A stretch of DNA of 64,000 nucleotides, taken from Botryllus schlosseri (Eukaryota). The stretch is from assembly GCA_051294905.1 (NCBI GenBank), contig CM119372.1, positions 29,698,001 through 29,762,000 of the forward strand. The letters are read 5' to 3'. Shown here in pieces: positions 24,867 to 35,500 of the stretch. Made by a program: the position numbers and the translations under genes. A model generated the notes under the pieces. The model had not been told where the DNA came from and made no database searches. It saw only the letters and a program-made list of their open reading frames with translations. Position 1 is the first letter of the stretch, and the number at the start of each line of letters is the position of its first letter.

Positions 24867-25039
24867 AACAATGTTGTCACTATGACCAGTATCATTCGAT
24901 ATAAGTGATTTGAATCTTTTGGGAAACAATATAGGCGTAGATGAGTATACTAGTGTTATAATCCACATGTTTATAAAGCTATGAAATGTTTCTATTTAAG
25001 TACATATATGAGTGAGAATTATAGAATAAGCATATTATT

Positions 25040-25753
25040 TTGTTATTGTGTCACAGTGGGATAATGTATTTATATGAAATAAGGAGTCATAATGCGACTA
25101 TTTTTCAAAACCTACTGACACAACTGGATGAGGTTGAACTAACAAAAAAACCTAAATTTCTCAGCGTCCTGATGAATGTGCTCAAGTCTTTTTTTGAAAA
25201 GGAACAAAATTGGTATAAGAGACCGAAAGCATGTGATGGTGATGAATCTTGTGCTTGGACGTCAGAAGAAGACACAGACAAAGATTCAAGCCCAGATGAA
25301 TTATATGAAACAGACTCCGAAGACTCCCAAGATTCTGCCATAGTGAAAAATTCATCTCAACAACAACGTGTAATAGTATGGAAAGAGCAGACGATACAGC
25401 CTGATGAAAATTCATGGACTATAATTACGGAAACACTATTGGGAGTAATCAGAAGAATACCACCCTCAGGAATAAGGCGAGTAGTATATGAAGTCATACG
25501 AGGAGTAGTAATGAAATATACCAGAATTTGGATATGCATAACTAATCTTGATTATGTGGAAAGTGCCAACTCCAAATGGTCATGGCACAGCCAAAAGAAT
25601 TTGGGGGTAAAAGGATATTTGGCATTGGATTATGAAACAACTGCTATGGAAGGATATATATATATTTACTCAAAAAGAGTGAATAGAGAAACTGAGTCGA
25701 TGAGACAATATCTGGAAAATTTTTATCATCTTGCTCATAATCCACATTATTAA
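25040..25753 (+). CDS. Cargo ORF, paralog family B
   Basis: See 21518-22084; carries an extra acidic stretch. Confidence 0.7.
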   Translation: MLLCHSGIMYLYEIRSHNATIFQNLLTQLDEVELTKKPKFLSVLMNVLKSFFEKEQNWYKRPKACDGDESCAWTSEEDTDKDSSPDELYETDSEDSQDSAIVKNSSQQQRVIVWKEQTIQPDENSWTIITETLLGVIRRIPPSGIRRVVYEVIRGVVMKYTRIWICITNLDYVESANSKWSWHSQKNLGVKGYLALDYETTAMEGYIYIYSKRVNRETESMRQYLENFYHLAHNPHY

Positions 25754-26014
25754 TGAGTAGGTTAAAACGCCTAAGCTATGGAATTAATGGAATCAATGTT
25801 AATTGTGAAAGTGATAAAATCCGTTATTAATGGGATAAATTTAAGATTGTGGAAAATTGAAATTCGATACATTGAAACTATTGTTATTAACATTTGTTGT
25901 TGCATGAAATTTTAATGGTCTTTGTTTTTCATTTAAGAACAGAATGTTTATGTGTTAATACTAGAATATTGGATTGGTATGATTGTATTTAACCATTTTG
26001 ATTGGTATTACTGA

Positions 26015-27765
26015 TTGCCTGTTCTGTCAAAAGCCATTATACCAAGAAGCAATCAATTTGAAACTATGGGCATTCTGATGAAAAGAGATCGTGATCCTCC
26101 TGGACATAATTGCATTTATATTCCACCTGGAGATCACCGGGTTGAGCATTACAGACTTGCAACGTTCAAACATTTTCCGAAAGAAATTCCTGTGATACCG
26201 AGTTATCTAGCCGCTGCTGGTTTCTATTGGACAGGATTTCAAGATAGAGTAAGATGTTACTGCTGTGGCGTATCTGTGGAAAAATGGGTCACTGGAGATG
26301 ATGCCTTTGATGACAAGTGGCATAAATCTACTTGTGACATGGTGACCGGACAACATGGTTATAACTTGCCTATTTCAAATTGCTCAAGGAGGCTCCTTTT
26401 TGAACAAATTAGGTGCCACCTTAACTTTACTACAAGAAGTCAGCAAACTAATCGGAATGTGCAAAAACCGACTATTAAAGAGGAAAAATGTCCATTACCG
26501 CAAACCGTGTTTGCGAACATTTGTGACCAAGAACATGAGACTTCATTGCGATCAGCAAATTTGAGAAGTGAACTAGAGAGAAGAAGAACCTTTGACAAAT
26601 GGCCTTCCTATCCTGCTCCATATTTGGTTGGGGAATTGGCAAAACAGGGATTTTTCTACCTAGGAAACCTTGACAGAGCGCAATGTTTTTCATGCTCAGG
26701 AGTACTGAGAAATTGGGCACCCACTGATAATGTTCTTGAACAACATAAAAGACATTTTATGCAAAAAAATGCAAAATGGCAAATAACGAGTATGCGGGAA
26801 ACATGTCCTTGACAGACTCCGAGAGAAATCAGGCAGATAATGAACTTAAAATAAAAATTGAAAGGTTAACTGCTAATAGGGGAGAACCTCCGGATCCATC
26901 GCCAGAAGAACAACTCCAGTTGGTGGAAAGATTCCCTTGCCTTTACCCGATAAATTTGCATATGACATCGTTACAGCAAAGAATATCTTCGTTTAATGAA
27001 AAATGGCCCAGGATCCTCGCAACAGCGGAACAATTGGCTAAAGCGGGTATGTATTATCTAGGGGATTCGGACAGAGCGAAATGCTTTTACTGCAATGGAG
27101 GACTACAAAACTGGAACTACAATGATGAGCCGTGGACAGAGCATGCAAAGTGGTTTCCTGGTTGTGAATATGTTTTGCAAATGAAAGGTATTAATTTCGT
27201 TTTACGACTAAGAGATGAACATCCCAATCTCAATCGACCATCGATAAGAAATGCAATATGTCTTGATGCACCACGAGAAGAGATACGAAGGAACCATAAT
27301 CGACCAAGGTTATCTGGACAATACATAAACAGGATGCAATTGGAAGACATGGGATTCACGAGAGATCAAATAGAAGGAACTATAAATAGACAAATTAATG
27401 ATCATTTCTCTACTGGTGACATAATCCAAGATTTACTGGAGACAGTGGATACAATCTCCACGAGTCCAATAAAAACAACACAACAACAAGTTCCCAGTAT
27501 GTCTGAAAATAAGCATGAAGTGAACAACAACAAAGAAACGAAAGAGGCAGCAGTTGCAGAAACAATGTCGGTGGATGAAATCGCGCAAAGTTTAAAAGAA
27601 ATACAAGAGGTGGTGCTTTGCAAAAATTGCAAGAGAAACAAAAGTGAAATTACTTTCATACCTTGTGGGCATTTATGTAGTTGTGAAAGATGTGCAACAA
27701 ACTCTGAGCGATGCAACATTTGTGGTGAAACAATACTGGAAAAGATAAAGGTGTATAGAGCTTGA
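26015..27765 (+). pseudogene. IAP: Inhibitor of apoptosis (3 BIR + UBA-like + RING), intronless, frameshifted at A7 run 26763-26769
   Basis: BIR1 RLATF...GFYWTGFQDRVRCYCC, BIR2 GFFYLGNLDRAQCFSC...EQH, BIR3 GMYYLGDSDRAKCFYC...TEHAKWFPGC, LEDMGF, C-terminal RING CKNC...PCGHLCSCERC...CNIC. ORFs 26015-26812 and 26776-27765 join at the end of BIR2. Confidence 0.92.
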
Positions 27766-27911
27766 TGGAGCAGGCAGGACTATTATTTTGTGGCATGAAT
27801 GCTCTTGATGCATATGTATAATACATGATGTTACTAGTTACTTTTGCGCGTATGAATCAATTATTCGTAAAATTGAACATATGATTTTAACGTACTTTAT
27901 TCTGTATTAAG

Positions 27912-28367
27912 ATGACTAGAGTATTAGAGAATTGGGAAATTACGCTAGCCAAGAAACAAATTAATGAATACTATGATGAATTTGAACAGGAATACCATCA
28001 TCAAAATTTTGAGATATGGAAAAATACCCCAAAGGAAAAATTCAAACAATTAATAAAGAAATACCTTCATCATTGTTTTGCGAATGTGACAGAAAAACTT
28101 TTTGATAAGCTTTATGACGCACATAGCGATATTGCTCGCGTTTTTGTTACAAAAGATTTTGATCTGGCCCAATATACATGGTTTGGACTTGTTCTAAAAC
28201 TACATCCGGCTCATAAATATCTACCAGAAGAATTTCTGGATGAAAGATTACCACAGATGGAATTGCAAGATTCTACAACATTACTTCTAAATGCTCGAGA
28301 ATTTGAAACTGTTGCTATTCCAATTTTAGAAGACGCTTTTTCCAAAATTGTTATACTGCACGATTAA
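27912..28367 (+). CDS. Cargo ORF, paralog family C (copy 1)
   Basis: F..Y...W...H..I...A...W...LHP...E motif shared with 28373, 30066 and 30610; closest to 30066. Confidence 0.75.
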   Translation: MTRVLENWEITLAKKQINEYYDEFEQEYHHQNFEIWKNTPKEKFKQLIKKYLHHCFANVTEKLFDKLYDAHSDIARVFVTKDFDLAQYTWFGLVLKLHPAHKYLPEEFLDERLPQMELQDSTTLLLNAREFETVAIPILEDAFSKIVILHD

Positions 28368-28372
28368 GAGGA

Positions 28373-28768
28373 ATGTCTCGAAGAACCATAAGTAACCAGG
28401 AATTATTGCAAATGGGACATGAATCTGCAGTGTGCGACTTGAAATATTATTTTGACATGTTCTGTAAATACTATGAAGAAGATGTGGAAATTTCCGACAG
28501 ATGGCAAAGATGGGCTATGACAAGACCCAATGACATTGTCAGAATGCTGACGCTGTATGTTGACAAAGTTTACGGAAGTGCCTTATCTCCTCAAGGCAAG
28601 GCTCTGGGATATCACGACGCTATTAAAGAACATAATCGGATTGCAATTATTACATTGGGAAACTATAAGGAAGCCAAATTCCTTTGGTACCAACATATTG
28701 TTCGTATGCATCCCATGAAGGAAAACGTTTCAGAACAATGGATAAAAGAATGTTTGAAAGATGATTAA
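28373..28768 (+). CDS. Cargo ORF, paralog family C (copy 2)
   Basis: GNYKEAKFLWYQHIVRMHPMKE matches GNYEKAKLLWFHYMARMHPMEN of 30610. Confidence 0.75.
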   Translation: MSRRTISNQELLQMGHESAVCDLKYYFDMFCKYYEEDVEISDRWQRWAMTRPNDIVRMLTLYVDKVYGSALSPQGKALGYHDAIKEHNRIAIITLGNYKEAKFLWYQHIVRMHPMKENVSEQWIKECLKDD

Positions 28769-28887
28769 CTAAAATTATGTATGTATTGCCTCGAATTTTC
28801 CACTACATCAATGAGTCGCATAGAATATTTCGTATAAAAAACCCTAATTTATGTAATTATGTTGGCTTGCTGATTAAGACTTGATGA

Positions 28888-29415
28888 ATGTTTAATGGTG
28901 TTTGGGTTTTTTGTGTAAGGAATTTTAAGACATTAGGAATTTATTTGATTTTTAATCGTGACATGTTGGAAGTCAATTATGAAAAGTATGAATATGTGCC
29001 CAAAGACCCACAGAAGAAAGAATTGAACCGAAAAAAGTTCAGACCGTGTCCATATCCTACGATACCTGACAGCAGAGTTGCCTGGCTAAGGATGGGAATT
29101 GTACATGAACGAATAAAAGAAAGGATCGAGAACTTTCCGACTATGACAGCCAATGACATGGAATACGTATTGAAGGATTTTCTTGTTTGGCTATACCGGG
29201 ACCATGAGGTGGTGGAACAATTGGAATGCGCCAGGAAGGTACTGAAGCGCATTGTGGAAGAAAACTTTGGAGAAAGTCCTGCATACTATTTGTATGTATT
29301 TCTACGATATGTGTTGGCTATAGCTAATGTTGACGAAGATTGGAACATTACTAGCAGAACTATTGCCGGCTTTTCACGAAATATGTATGTTATGGATAAA
29401 CGACTGAATTGGTAA
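28888..29415 (+). CDS. Cargo ORF, unknown (start may be the ATG at 28942+)
   Basis: 175-aa intact co-oriented ORF between family C copy 2 and the E2 gene. Confidence 0.6.
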   Translation: MFNGVWVFCVRNFKTLGIYLIFNRDMLEVNYEKYEYVPKDPQKKELNRKKFRPCPYPTIPDSRVAWLRMGIVHERIKERIENFPTMTANDMEYVLKDFLVWLYRDHEVVEQLECARKVLKRIVEENFGESPAYYLYVFLRYVLAIANVDEDWNITSRTIAGFSRNMYVMDKRLNW

Positions 29416-29473
29416 TGTTTCCCTTTCTTTTTATGTGTGTAAGTCTTACCGAATAATATAGAATCTACACCGA

Positions 29474-29929
29474 ATGGCAAAGCATAGATTACATTTTGAA
29501 AGGCGAAAAATCACTCAAGAAATTCAAACGAACCCTTTAATTTTACAAGCGGGGCCATTGGACGAATCGGATATCTATGTTTGGCAAGCACTTTTGCGCG
29601 GACCATCAAAGACACCATATGAAAGGGGAACATTCCTTCTGAGAGTTGAATTTCCAACGGAATATCCATTCAAACCTCCGAAGATTAAATTCGAGACCAA
29701 AATTTTCCATCCGAATATAAGCCGTAAGGGTACCATATGCATTGACATTCTTGCAAATGAATGGTCACCTGCTTTAACGTTGGGAAAAGTATTGGTCTCG
29801 ATTTCGTCATTATTGGCTTCCCCTAACCCAGAAGATCCAATGGATGTTGAGAGTGCCAGACTGTATCGGGATGACTACGAAAGTTATCAAAAGAAGGCAA
29901 TAAACTGGACTGATATGTATGCTAAGTAA
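29474..29929 (+). CDS. UBC: Ubiquitin-conjugating enzyme E2 (UBE2D/E-like), intronless
   Basis: GPSKTPYERGTF...YPFKPPKIKFETKIFHPNISRKGTICIDIL...WSPALT...PNPEDP; HPN motif and active-site Cys intact. Confidence 0.95.
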   Translation: MAKHRLHFERRKITQEIQTNPLILQAGPLDESDIYVWQALLRGPSKTPYERGTFLLRVEFPTEYPFKPPKIKFETKIFHPNISRKGTICIDILANEWSPALTLGKVLVSISSLLASPNPEDPMDVESARLYRDDYESYQKKAINWTDMYAK

Positions 29930-30065
29930 ATTGCTATGTACCTAATACGCTTATCACAATTATTGAATATTTTGGGAGTGTAATTATACTTATATGTGTT
30001 AAAAATGTTAGTAAGGAAAGTTTCCGGTCCAATAATCAACGTAAAATTCTCTATATTAAGAAAAT

Positions 30066-30521
30066 ATGGGGGATAAAATTGTTAGAGTAAAGCATGAACT
30101 TGACGTTTTCTTCGATTCCTTTGAAAAAAGATACGAACACAAAGACTTCAGCAGATGGGCTGCAACAACACGGGATGAACTGGAAACATTTATGACACCT
30201 TACTTGAGGATTTGCAACCTAAGAATATCCGATAAACTGTTCGATGCGCTATATAAAAAGCATTTAGCCATCTCCCGCATGATATTGTTTGAAAATTACG
30301 AACATGCCAAGTTTTGCTGGTTTGTTTTCTGTGTTGGATTACATCCTGCCTCGGATGTCATACCTGAAGAATGGGTGTTGGAAAGAATGCCTTGTTCTGA
30401 TAGAACCGGATTTTGTATTTATACCACTGATAAACTCTTTAATGATACTTTTCCCTCTGATGTAAGAGCTGCTATACTGATACATAAAATGAAATGTAAT
30501 GGCTGTAATTATGAACAATGA
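30066..30521 (+). CDS. Cargo ORF, paralog family C (copy 3)
   Basis: Same length (151 aa) and motifs as 27912-28367. Confidence 0.75.
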   Translation: MGDKIVRVKHELDVFFDSFEKRYEHKDFSRWAATTRDELETFMTPYLRICNLRISDKLFDALYKKHLAISRMILFENYEHAKFCWFVFCVGLHPASDVIPEEWVLERMPCSDRTGFCIYTTDKLFNDTFPSDVRAAILIHKMKCNGCNYEQ

Positions 30522-30609
30522 GTGCATGGATGGTATATTGTATTTTTTGCCAGGTTGAATGTCTATTAATCATCTGTGACGTGTATGACAACTATAGACC
30601 CTTACCTGG

Positions 30610-31089
30610 ATGATTAATTTCTTTCAGAAAATTAAAAGTATGAATAACGCGGAAGTAAATGATAAAGGTGATGTTGATGTCACCAAACTAGTTGGATCTA
30701 ATGTGGCGGAACAAGACTTGATCTTTTATTTTTGGTTATTCAAAGAACGATATGAAGCAGGAATACCTCCCTCTCATAGATGGTACGAGTGGTCAAGGAC
30801 CCCACCCAAATATATCAAACTTGGATTGAAATGTTTTTTCAAACGAGTTAAAGATACCCTTTCTGATGAGAAGCCCCTTGTTATTGACTACCAAGGAATA
30901 CTAGAAAACCATAAAATGATAAGAAACATGGCATCTGGAAATTATGAAAAGGCTAAACTTTTGTGGTTCCACTATATGGCTAGAATGCATCCTATGGAAA
31001 ACTTGATCAAGGATGAATGGGTGAAGGAACAAGCTGAATCCACGGAACCCTTTTACCCCGAGGATACTGTAAATGTCCTAGTCCTATGA
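30610..31089 (+). CDS. Cargo ORF, paralog family C (copy 4)
   Basis: Paralog of 28373-28768. Confidence 0.75.
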   Translation: MINFFQKIKSMNNAEVNDKGDVDVTKLVGSNVAEQDLIFYFWLFKERYEAGIPPSHRWYEWSRTPPKYIKLGLKCFFKRVKDTLSDEKPLVIDYQGILENHKMIRNMASGNYEKAKLLWFHYMARMHPMENLIKDEWVKEQAESTEPFYPEDTVNVLVL

Positions 31090-31380
31090 ATATGGTTAAG
31101 TTCATGAATAATATTGATTTCATGTATTCCTATTGCATGTGTATAAAGCGTTATAACTGGCCTACGGGATATAGAACGGTCAGAACCTCTATTGCGTCTT
31201 GCATAGAGTCATTTTATTGTATTTTGTCGCACAGAGAATTGATTCCGTCACGTTCACAGCTTATTGAATGGTTTGGTTAACCTACATTCAGAAATGTTTT
31301 ACAGTTTGTACTGATTATTGCCAATCGGTTGACTGCGAATTATGTTTAATACTGAGGGGCCTCGTCATCCCTACAGTATG

Positions 31381-31389
31381 TATATAAGG
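31381..31389 (+). promoter_or_regulatory. Candidate TATA box of the genomic (LTR) promoter
   Basis: TATATAAGG in the non-coding interval ~840 bp upstream of the PBS; position is plausible but unproven. Confidence 0.35.
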
Positions 31390-32224
31390 CGTTATACACT
31401 GCTACGCCCTTACCTTTAAGCAGGACCCTAGGGACCTTATCACCCCCTAGTTTAACGAAAACAAAATGCCGAACTTTACGGTGAGAATCGTTATTGAAAA
31501 AAAATAATGAAAAACAATATAAAATTTATAAAATTTTCTTTTACATAAGCCAAACATGGAATGTTTGAAGTCCATTTTTATGGAAACACTAAAATTATAC
31601 TGATAACTGAAACTATACTAGAGAACTCATCAGCAGTGTTCAACTAAGCAACACCTTGTTAAGGGTAGTATCGAACAGGCTGATTAATAGGCCTATGGTA
31701 ATAATAATTGTACTGACGATTTGACGTCCTTAATGCTGATTGTGTTCTTGTATTATGTGATGAAATATTTTTGAAAAGATCAGCTTTTCGGCAGGACAGG
31801 CCGTCGCATGAATTATATGCGTAAACAAACCTTGGAGTATTGAAAATGTTTGTTAATTGTGTATGATGATGTATAGGTTAAACCATGCCTTGTGTTATAA
31901 TTGATGAATGATGTGTATGCCAATTTTAACCAAGCTTTGCATAGAGTTACCACATTTCCGTCTGCGCAATTAACTATTGGAGTATTTGGTTGTATTAAGG
32001 TTCCAGATTATCAGTAGATAAGGGTAGATTAAAATTCTGGACCCCAGGGTCATTGTCAACTTGAGAAGAAACAATCCTACAACTGTTGTTGCTCCAATCA
32101 CCATTTACAGACGTCGTCAAGATACTAAAGCAAACGAAAGGCAACGCTTTACTAGGAAGTAACCCGAACAAGTGTGGACTACTCGCATAACAATCGTTGT
32201 GGAGCTGCACTCTAAAAACAAAAT

Positions 32225-32242
32225 TGGTGGCCAGTACGGGGA
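32225..32242 (+). promoter_or_regulatory. Primer-binding site complementary to tRNA-Ile(AAU)
   Basis: TGGTGGCCAGTACGGGGA is the 18-nt complement of the 3' end (UCCCCGUACUGGCCACCA) of animal tRNA-Ile(AAU) as I recall it; it lies after ...AACA and ~310 bp before gag. Confidence 0.88.
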
Positions 32243-32271
32243 CCTTCCGGTGTTCAGACGTTGACCAATCG

Positions 32272-32541
32272 ATGCTTTCTAAGACGACCATCGTAAAACT
32301 TGTACTTGTCGTATCCTTGCTTTCATCGTCTGTATCTCTCCTGATAATATTGGCAGCAATTTATCTGCACGTATCACCTGGAGCGCTGTCTAATCTGTTG
32401 AACGTATTTTTGGGATCTAATAGCAGCGAATCCACTGCTTACGTCCAACCCACGAATACGCCGCAGAGATCTACAATATATTTTAACGTGTCTTCGCGTG
32501 ATCTACTACCTTCTGTCAATAGTACTTTATCCGGTCAATAG
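32272..32541 (+). CDS. Small leader ORF (89 aa) with signal-anchor/TM segment between PBS and gag
   Basis: ATG at 32272; hydrophobic IVKLVLVVSLLSSSVSLLIILAAIYL; NSS/NVS/NST sequons; stops 8 nt before the gag ATG. Confidence 0.5.
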   Translation: MLSKTTIVKLVLVVSLLSSSVSLLIILAAIYLHVSPGALSNLLNVFLGSNSSESTAYVQPTNTPQRSTIYFNVSSRDLLPSVNSTLSGQ

Positions 32542-32549
32542 GAAGGGCA

Positions 32550-35500
32550 ATGCGAAGGATGTTGAAAGCATTCAAAAGGAAAAAGTCGTCAGAAGCGACG
32601 GATGAACTCAAACAAGGTATTACCTTGCTTAAAGCGACACAAAAACGCCATGAAGATGTACGGCGACAAGAAAGACAACTGGCTAAGGACGTGGCTGAAC
32701 AAACAGAACTATTAAAAGAGGTAAAAACAGCTCTGCCGGAAACCATGAAAGGGTTAGAAAAGGCAAAAAAGGAGGTTCGAAAAGCTCAAGCGGACCTCAA
32801 AGCTGTTTGTGATGCCACAACAAAAGTTAGCGGGAAAGTCTCTACCGAGGTGCTAAATGACATTCTTACTTCAGAGTTTGAGCTCGGAAAGTCGCATGCA
32901 CAAGTTACGCGAGATAAGACCCAATCTCCCGTTTCGACGGTACTTCCAAATGCACCGGAATATGACCCTCCGGCATACGTTCCCCTCGATGAGCAGATGT
33001 CGGGTTACGTAAAACAAGGGCCAACGATGACGGTTCGTAAGGGTTTGGATTGCCACACTGTAACGGCCGTCTATCCCACGCTCCCGAAGCCCGAGTCAGT
33101 CGCATTGTCCGACTCTTTAAAGGAACCAGCGTCCTGTTTCCCTGTGGGCAGTGGTGTACGCGCCAAACACAAAAATGGAAACCCGGCAACGGCGGGAACA
33201 AGGACGGAACCTGCAAAAAGTTCCTTGAGTAAAAATAGGGGATATCAAGGTGGGCAAGAACGCCGCAATTTGGAGACAGAATCCCGTATAAATGCGGACG
33301 GCGCTTCCCAACGGGTAACCTTTCATAGTCCAGTCGAGGAACAATCTGACGCAGAAGACAGTGAAGTCGATTTTAATACTCGAATAAAGCGTCTTTCCCA
33401 AGACATAAGAGATAATATAAGGTCTCTACGGGGCGGTGCCAGCTCTCTGGATTCCGCGGAAGAATCTCGCGATATCTCTCGTTCTCCTGATACACCTCGC
33501 GCTACCTCCACTCCAAAAGAGTATGGGGGGAGGACTAGGCAACAACAACAACAACTACACGAACACTCTGGTATTTCAGCCCCATTACTCAATGTGTCTG
33601 CTAAAATCCAATCAGAAAAAGAAATGCTTCAGCTTATGATGGACCCAGGAGACATGCCATTACTAAAGTGGATGGAAAATTCGATGCGAAGAATACGCCA
33701 CGGTCCTGGAAATACGGATGTGGATGTTATTTTGGCTAATGCGCTGCAGAAGAAATTGAGGGCTGCTGGCCGACACAAACAGGCTACCCAACTGGGAAAT
33801 TTTTTTAATACCAATTCGGGAGAAGCAGAATGGGAATCGGTGATGCGATCTCTTTCCTTATCCAATCCCCAGGGTTTGGTAAATGATGAAAAGATCATTG
33901 GAGAATTCCGCAGAAACTATCGCTGGGAGGATGAGCCGCTACCTCTGTTGAATAGCGCTTTGAAGCAACTAGAAATAAACATGGATAGTCTTATTGAGGA
34001 TAATCCGGATGGATTGCGTCTTTTCCGAAATTTACGACAACGCCTTCCAGAAGCGCTCAGACTGATGTTGCGAGGCTGGGAAGAGGATAAAACTTGGCGG
34101 TACGTTGCGGAGGAACTACAACTTGTTTGGAATTCCGAGTTTCTGGATGAGCAAGAAACGCGCCCCAGGTATCAGGAAACAAAAGAAGTACGTGATATGA
34201 AACCGTCCTTGCCTCCTGTACACATTTACAATGTTCAACCTGCGGGGCAAATAGTGCACAGTTATCCCACTCATGGAAACGAGGACAGACAGCTCAACAC
34301 CCCTCCTCCACCTGGTGAAACACCACCACCGCCGGTGGTACAATCACCCTCGCCCCTGCAACCACTGAATAACTTTGGGGGGTCAACATCTCCTGGACCA
34401 CCTAGAGTGACCCCACCACGCCAACCTGACAATACAGGACAGGTTCCGATACGACGTCGTAATCCACAGCGTAATGCTCGCATTAATCGACCCCCTACTC
34501 ACATCATGAACGGTAATGGACCTGGTAGACGAGGACAATACTCAAGGGCCAGGCCAGTACAACAACAGAATGGGCGTACGGCATCAACGGGACCTAACGA
34601 ACAGCCAACGAGAATAACAAGATCTTCACGTGCTAGTCAAGGACCAGGAACCTCAAACCGAAGTCCGCGAATGACAAACACACAAGATTCCGGGATGGGT
34701 ACTGACAGCTCACAGATTACTCCGTCTAGCAGCCAGGAAGCCCGCAACATTGCTGACAGCCAAGGTGAGCGATACAATTTTCTTGGAAACCCGAATATTT
34801 TCGCTCCTCTAGGCTTGTATCTAAATCCCACTCAGGGACAATCGCTGTCCGTCTGTTATTACTGTAAGGCACCGGGACATCAATCCCGTAATTGCGTGGC
34901 TAAATTCATACTTTGGCTAAACGATAAGGTCCTTGCCAAAGATGAGGAATTAGGTTGGATAATTCGGGGGCGAGCGAGACCCGTACCGCCTCATGTGAAG
35001 GCATCGGCAGAACGTAATTGGAAACCTTTTCTTGAGAGAAATGGGATTCAGACAATTGAAGGTTTGGACCGGTATCTGGCTTTACATGGCTCTCCTTCTT
35101 TCGTGCAAAGAACCGCTCTGTGCGAAGCTTATTACGATACCCGGCCAAAAAGCCGAGATAGAACCCACTGGCATGACAGGGATCAATGGGGTCCTCATGG
35201 ACCACCTGCACGTTCCTCTGGGGGAAATATCCAAGTGGCCTGGGCGAAACCTCAATATCATGAGCGCTCGCGTCGTTATGATGCTTCATATTGGACAGAC
35301 GATGAGCTAAATCAAGGGGTACGACTTTCAAAAAAACGCCATGGGGTGCTGATTGATCCGGTGAATCAGCTCCCAGACAAATTGATATTTCAACACATAA
35401 AAACTGTACATAACTCTTCTTTACCCTTATTTACATTTCTTGATATGCCGGATGACCCTCTACAGCCCGATTTTACGGAATTGTTTGGTAGCCAACTGTT

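Larger units (their letters stand above)
7513..32220 (+). other. Single PPT-to-PBS interval (LTR-equivalent, TGTT...AACA), 24.7 kb, containing the cargo genes
   Basis: Begins TGTT just after the PPT and ends tctaaaAACA 4 nt before the PBS. No second copy of either end was found in the window. Confidence 0.5.

Noticed and set aside
23851-25039. Independent Merlin insertion around transposase 2
   Set aside because: No inverted repeats or TSD in the short flanks.
31155-31177. Partner right TIR for the motif at 15783
   Set aside because: Only weak similarity (GG..CT and TATAT.CCCG) and the flanks do not form a TSD; compatible with chance.
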